Assembly (NCBI GenBank): GCA_947174955.1
Contig: CAMWKX010000001.1
Location: 1-33,263, forward strand
Origin: an uncultured Clostridia bacterium
GTDB taxonomy: Bacteria; Bacillota; Clostridia; Christensenellales; Borkfalkiaceae
DNA: 33,263 nt
Reading direction: 5' to 3'
Position numbers and translations under genes: made by a program. A model generated the notes under the pieces. The model was not told the origin of the DNA and ran no database searches. It saw only the letters and a program-made list of their open reading frames with translations. Position 1 is the first letter of the stretch. Each line of letters starts with the position of its first letter. Shown piece after piece: positions 32,162 to 33,263 of the stretch.

Positions 32162-33263
32162 TTTCCCTTTCGTCTAAATCTAGTTGCATCTCCAACTTTT
32201 GGCCAATTTTTAGTATCCATATTCGACAAATTAGGAGAAAACCTAAAGTCCTCACAAGCACTGCTTTGTCCACTACAATTTCCGTTTTTAAAATCCATAC
32301 AATCAGCACAGCTACTAGGTTCAGTACTTATTCTATTACCATCTGTGGTTGCATTCGTAGTCGGATGACTATTATCAACTTTTTTGCTGGGGATGTCTTT
32401 ATAACTTTTGCTTTGCGAGTTTTCTTCCGTATTTTCATTTTCGGGGACGGGCGAGGAATAATCGCAGTCCTTTTCGGAGCACTTTAAATTATTGCCCTTT
32501 CTTATAACGTAGCCCTTGCCGCACTTGGGACACTTGTCGCCCGTAGGGATATCCCAGCTTAAAAATTTGCAGTCGGGATAGCCCGTGCAGCCGTAATAGA
32601 TTTTGCCGTTTTTGGAGCGCATACGCCTCATAGGTTTGCCGCATTCGGGACACTTGCCGTCGGTATGATCGTTTGCCTTCGCACTGCCGTCGGTCTTATT
32701 TACGGGTTGCTTCGCCCCGCAGTTGGAGCACTCGTAATAGTCGCCGTACTTGCCCTTCTTTATGAACATAAAGCTGCCGCACTCGTGACACTTTTCCTCG
32801 GTGACCTTGACGTCGATGGGCAGAATCTGCGAGCACCCGGGGTAGTTGGGGCAGGCGAGGAACTTACCGAACTTGCCGCTTTTAACAACCATTTTTGCGC
32901 CGCACTTAGGGCAGTTCACATCGGAAGTTTCCACCTCGCTCTCGGAAACTATGTTCGAGCACTTGGGGTAGTTGGAGCACGCTAAATACTTGCCGTATTT
33001 GCCTATGCGCCTTATCATAACCGAGCCGCACTTTTCGCACTTCACGTCCGTTTCCTCGTCGCCGTCGCACGCGGCCGTGCGCAGTTTTTCGGCAAACGAC
33101 GGATAGAAATCGGAAATAATCGCGTGCCAGTCCACGCCGCCTTCCTCGATTTTGTCGAGGTCCTCTTCCATCTTCGCCGTGAAATCGACGTCCATAATGT
33201 CGGCAAAGTAATGCACTAAAATATCCGTGATTTTATACGCGACGTCGGTGGGCACCATATACT
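32158..33263 (-). CDS. topA: DNA topoisomerase I, C-terminal part (gene runs off the right edge), with five zinc ribbons and a 99-aa AT-rich tail
   Basis: DFTAKMEEDLDKIEEG is the end of the Topo IA core. Repeated CxxCG...GKxGKFLACxNYPxC ribbons follow (CEKCG, CPKCG, CHECG, CPECG, CPKCG). The reading frame is open to the window edge. Confidence 0.9.
   Translation of the reverse strand, partial: YMVPTDVAYKITDILVHYFADIMDVDFTAKMEEDLDKIEEGGVDWHAIISDFYPSFAEKLRTAACDGDEETDVKCEKCGSVMIRRIGKYGKYLACSNYPKCSNIVSESEVETSDVNCPKCGAKMVVKSGKFGKFLACPNYPGCSQILPIDVKVTEEKCHECGSFMFIKKGKYGDYYECSNCGAKQPVNKTDGSAKANDHTDGKCPECGKPMRRMRSKNGKIYYGCTGYPDCKFLSWDIPTGDKCPKCGKGYVIRKGNNLKCSEKDCDYSSPVPENENTEENSQSKSYKDIPSKKVDNSHPTTNATTDGNRISTEPSSCADCMDFKNGNCSGQSSACEDFRFSPNLSNMDTKNWPKVGDATRFRRKGK

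Noticed and set aside
1-33263. Scan for rRNA, tRNA, CRISPR arrays, reverse transcriptase/retron/DGR signatures and toxin-antitoxin pairs.
   Set aside because: No regularly spaced repeat arrays, no cloverleaf-like GC-rich short genes in the intergenic gaps, and no RT motifs were seen. The 81-aa XRE gene has no adjacent small partner ORF. Intergenic space outside 10110-10545 is almost fully accounted for by promoters and terminators.

Overview
This 33.3-kb chromosomal window looks like a strictly anaerobic Firmicutes/Clostridia-type genome. That taxon call is an inference from GAGGTG-type Shine-Dalgarno sites, nrdDG, NuoEF/HydBC-type flavoprotein genes and the topA-trmFO-hslVU gene order. I call 32 protein genes, mostly on the minus strand in tightly packed, often overlapping operons. 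I saw no rRNA, tRNA, CRISPR array, transposase, integrase or reverse transcriptase. Core content, left to right:
- NuoF-like (partial) and NuoE-like genes
- a heterodimeric ABC exporter pair with one degenerate ATP site
- a short NSS-family transporter
- an nrdD-nrdG-dut-ROK kinase operon, with NrdR-type boxes on tandem near-consensus promoters
- two membrane-anchored XRE regulators flanking a small HNH-like gene
- a PdxR (MocR) regulator divergent from an ECF S-component plus pyridoxal kinase
- rtcB, icd and ddl
- a MurF-like ligase with a polytopic membrane N-terminus
- a hydrolase gene downstream of tsaE-tsaB-rimI
- a long topA-trmFO-hslV-X-hslU-hisS-trxA operon
Three places deserve most attention.
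1. An AT-rich 2.5-kb island (24010-26526) carries an XRE repressor divergent from a Big_2/LRR surface lipoprotein and a stand-alone GIY-YIG nuclease. A perfect palindromic operator fills the promoter spacer.
2. A membrane-anchored SUKH/SMI1-KNR4-like gene (29469-30272) sits between hslV and hslU and is translationally coupled to both.
3. A membrane-tethered XRE protein is co-transcribed with a small HNH nuclease-like protein (11487-13538).
All family calls come from motif recognition by eye, and no database search was possible.
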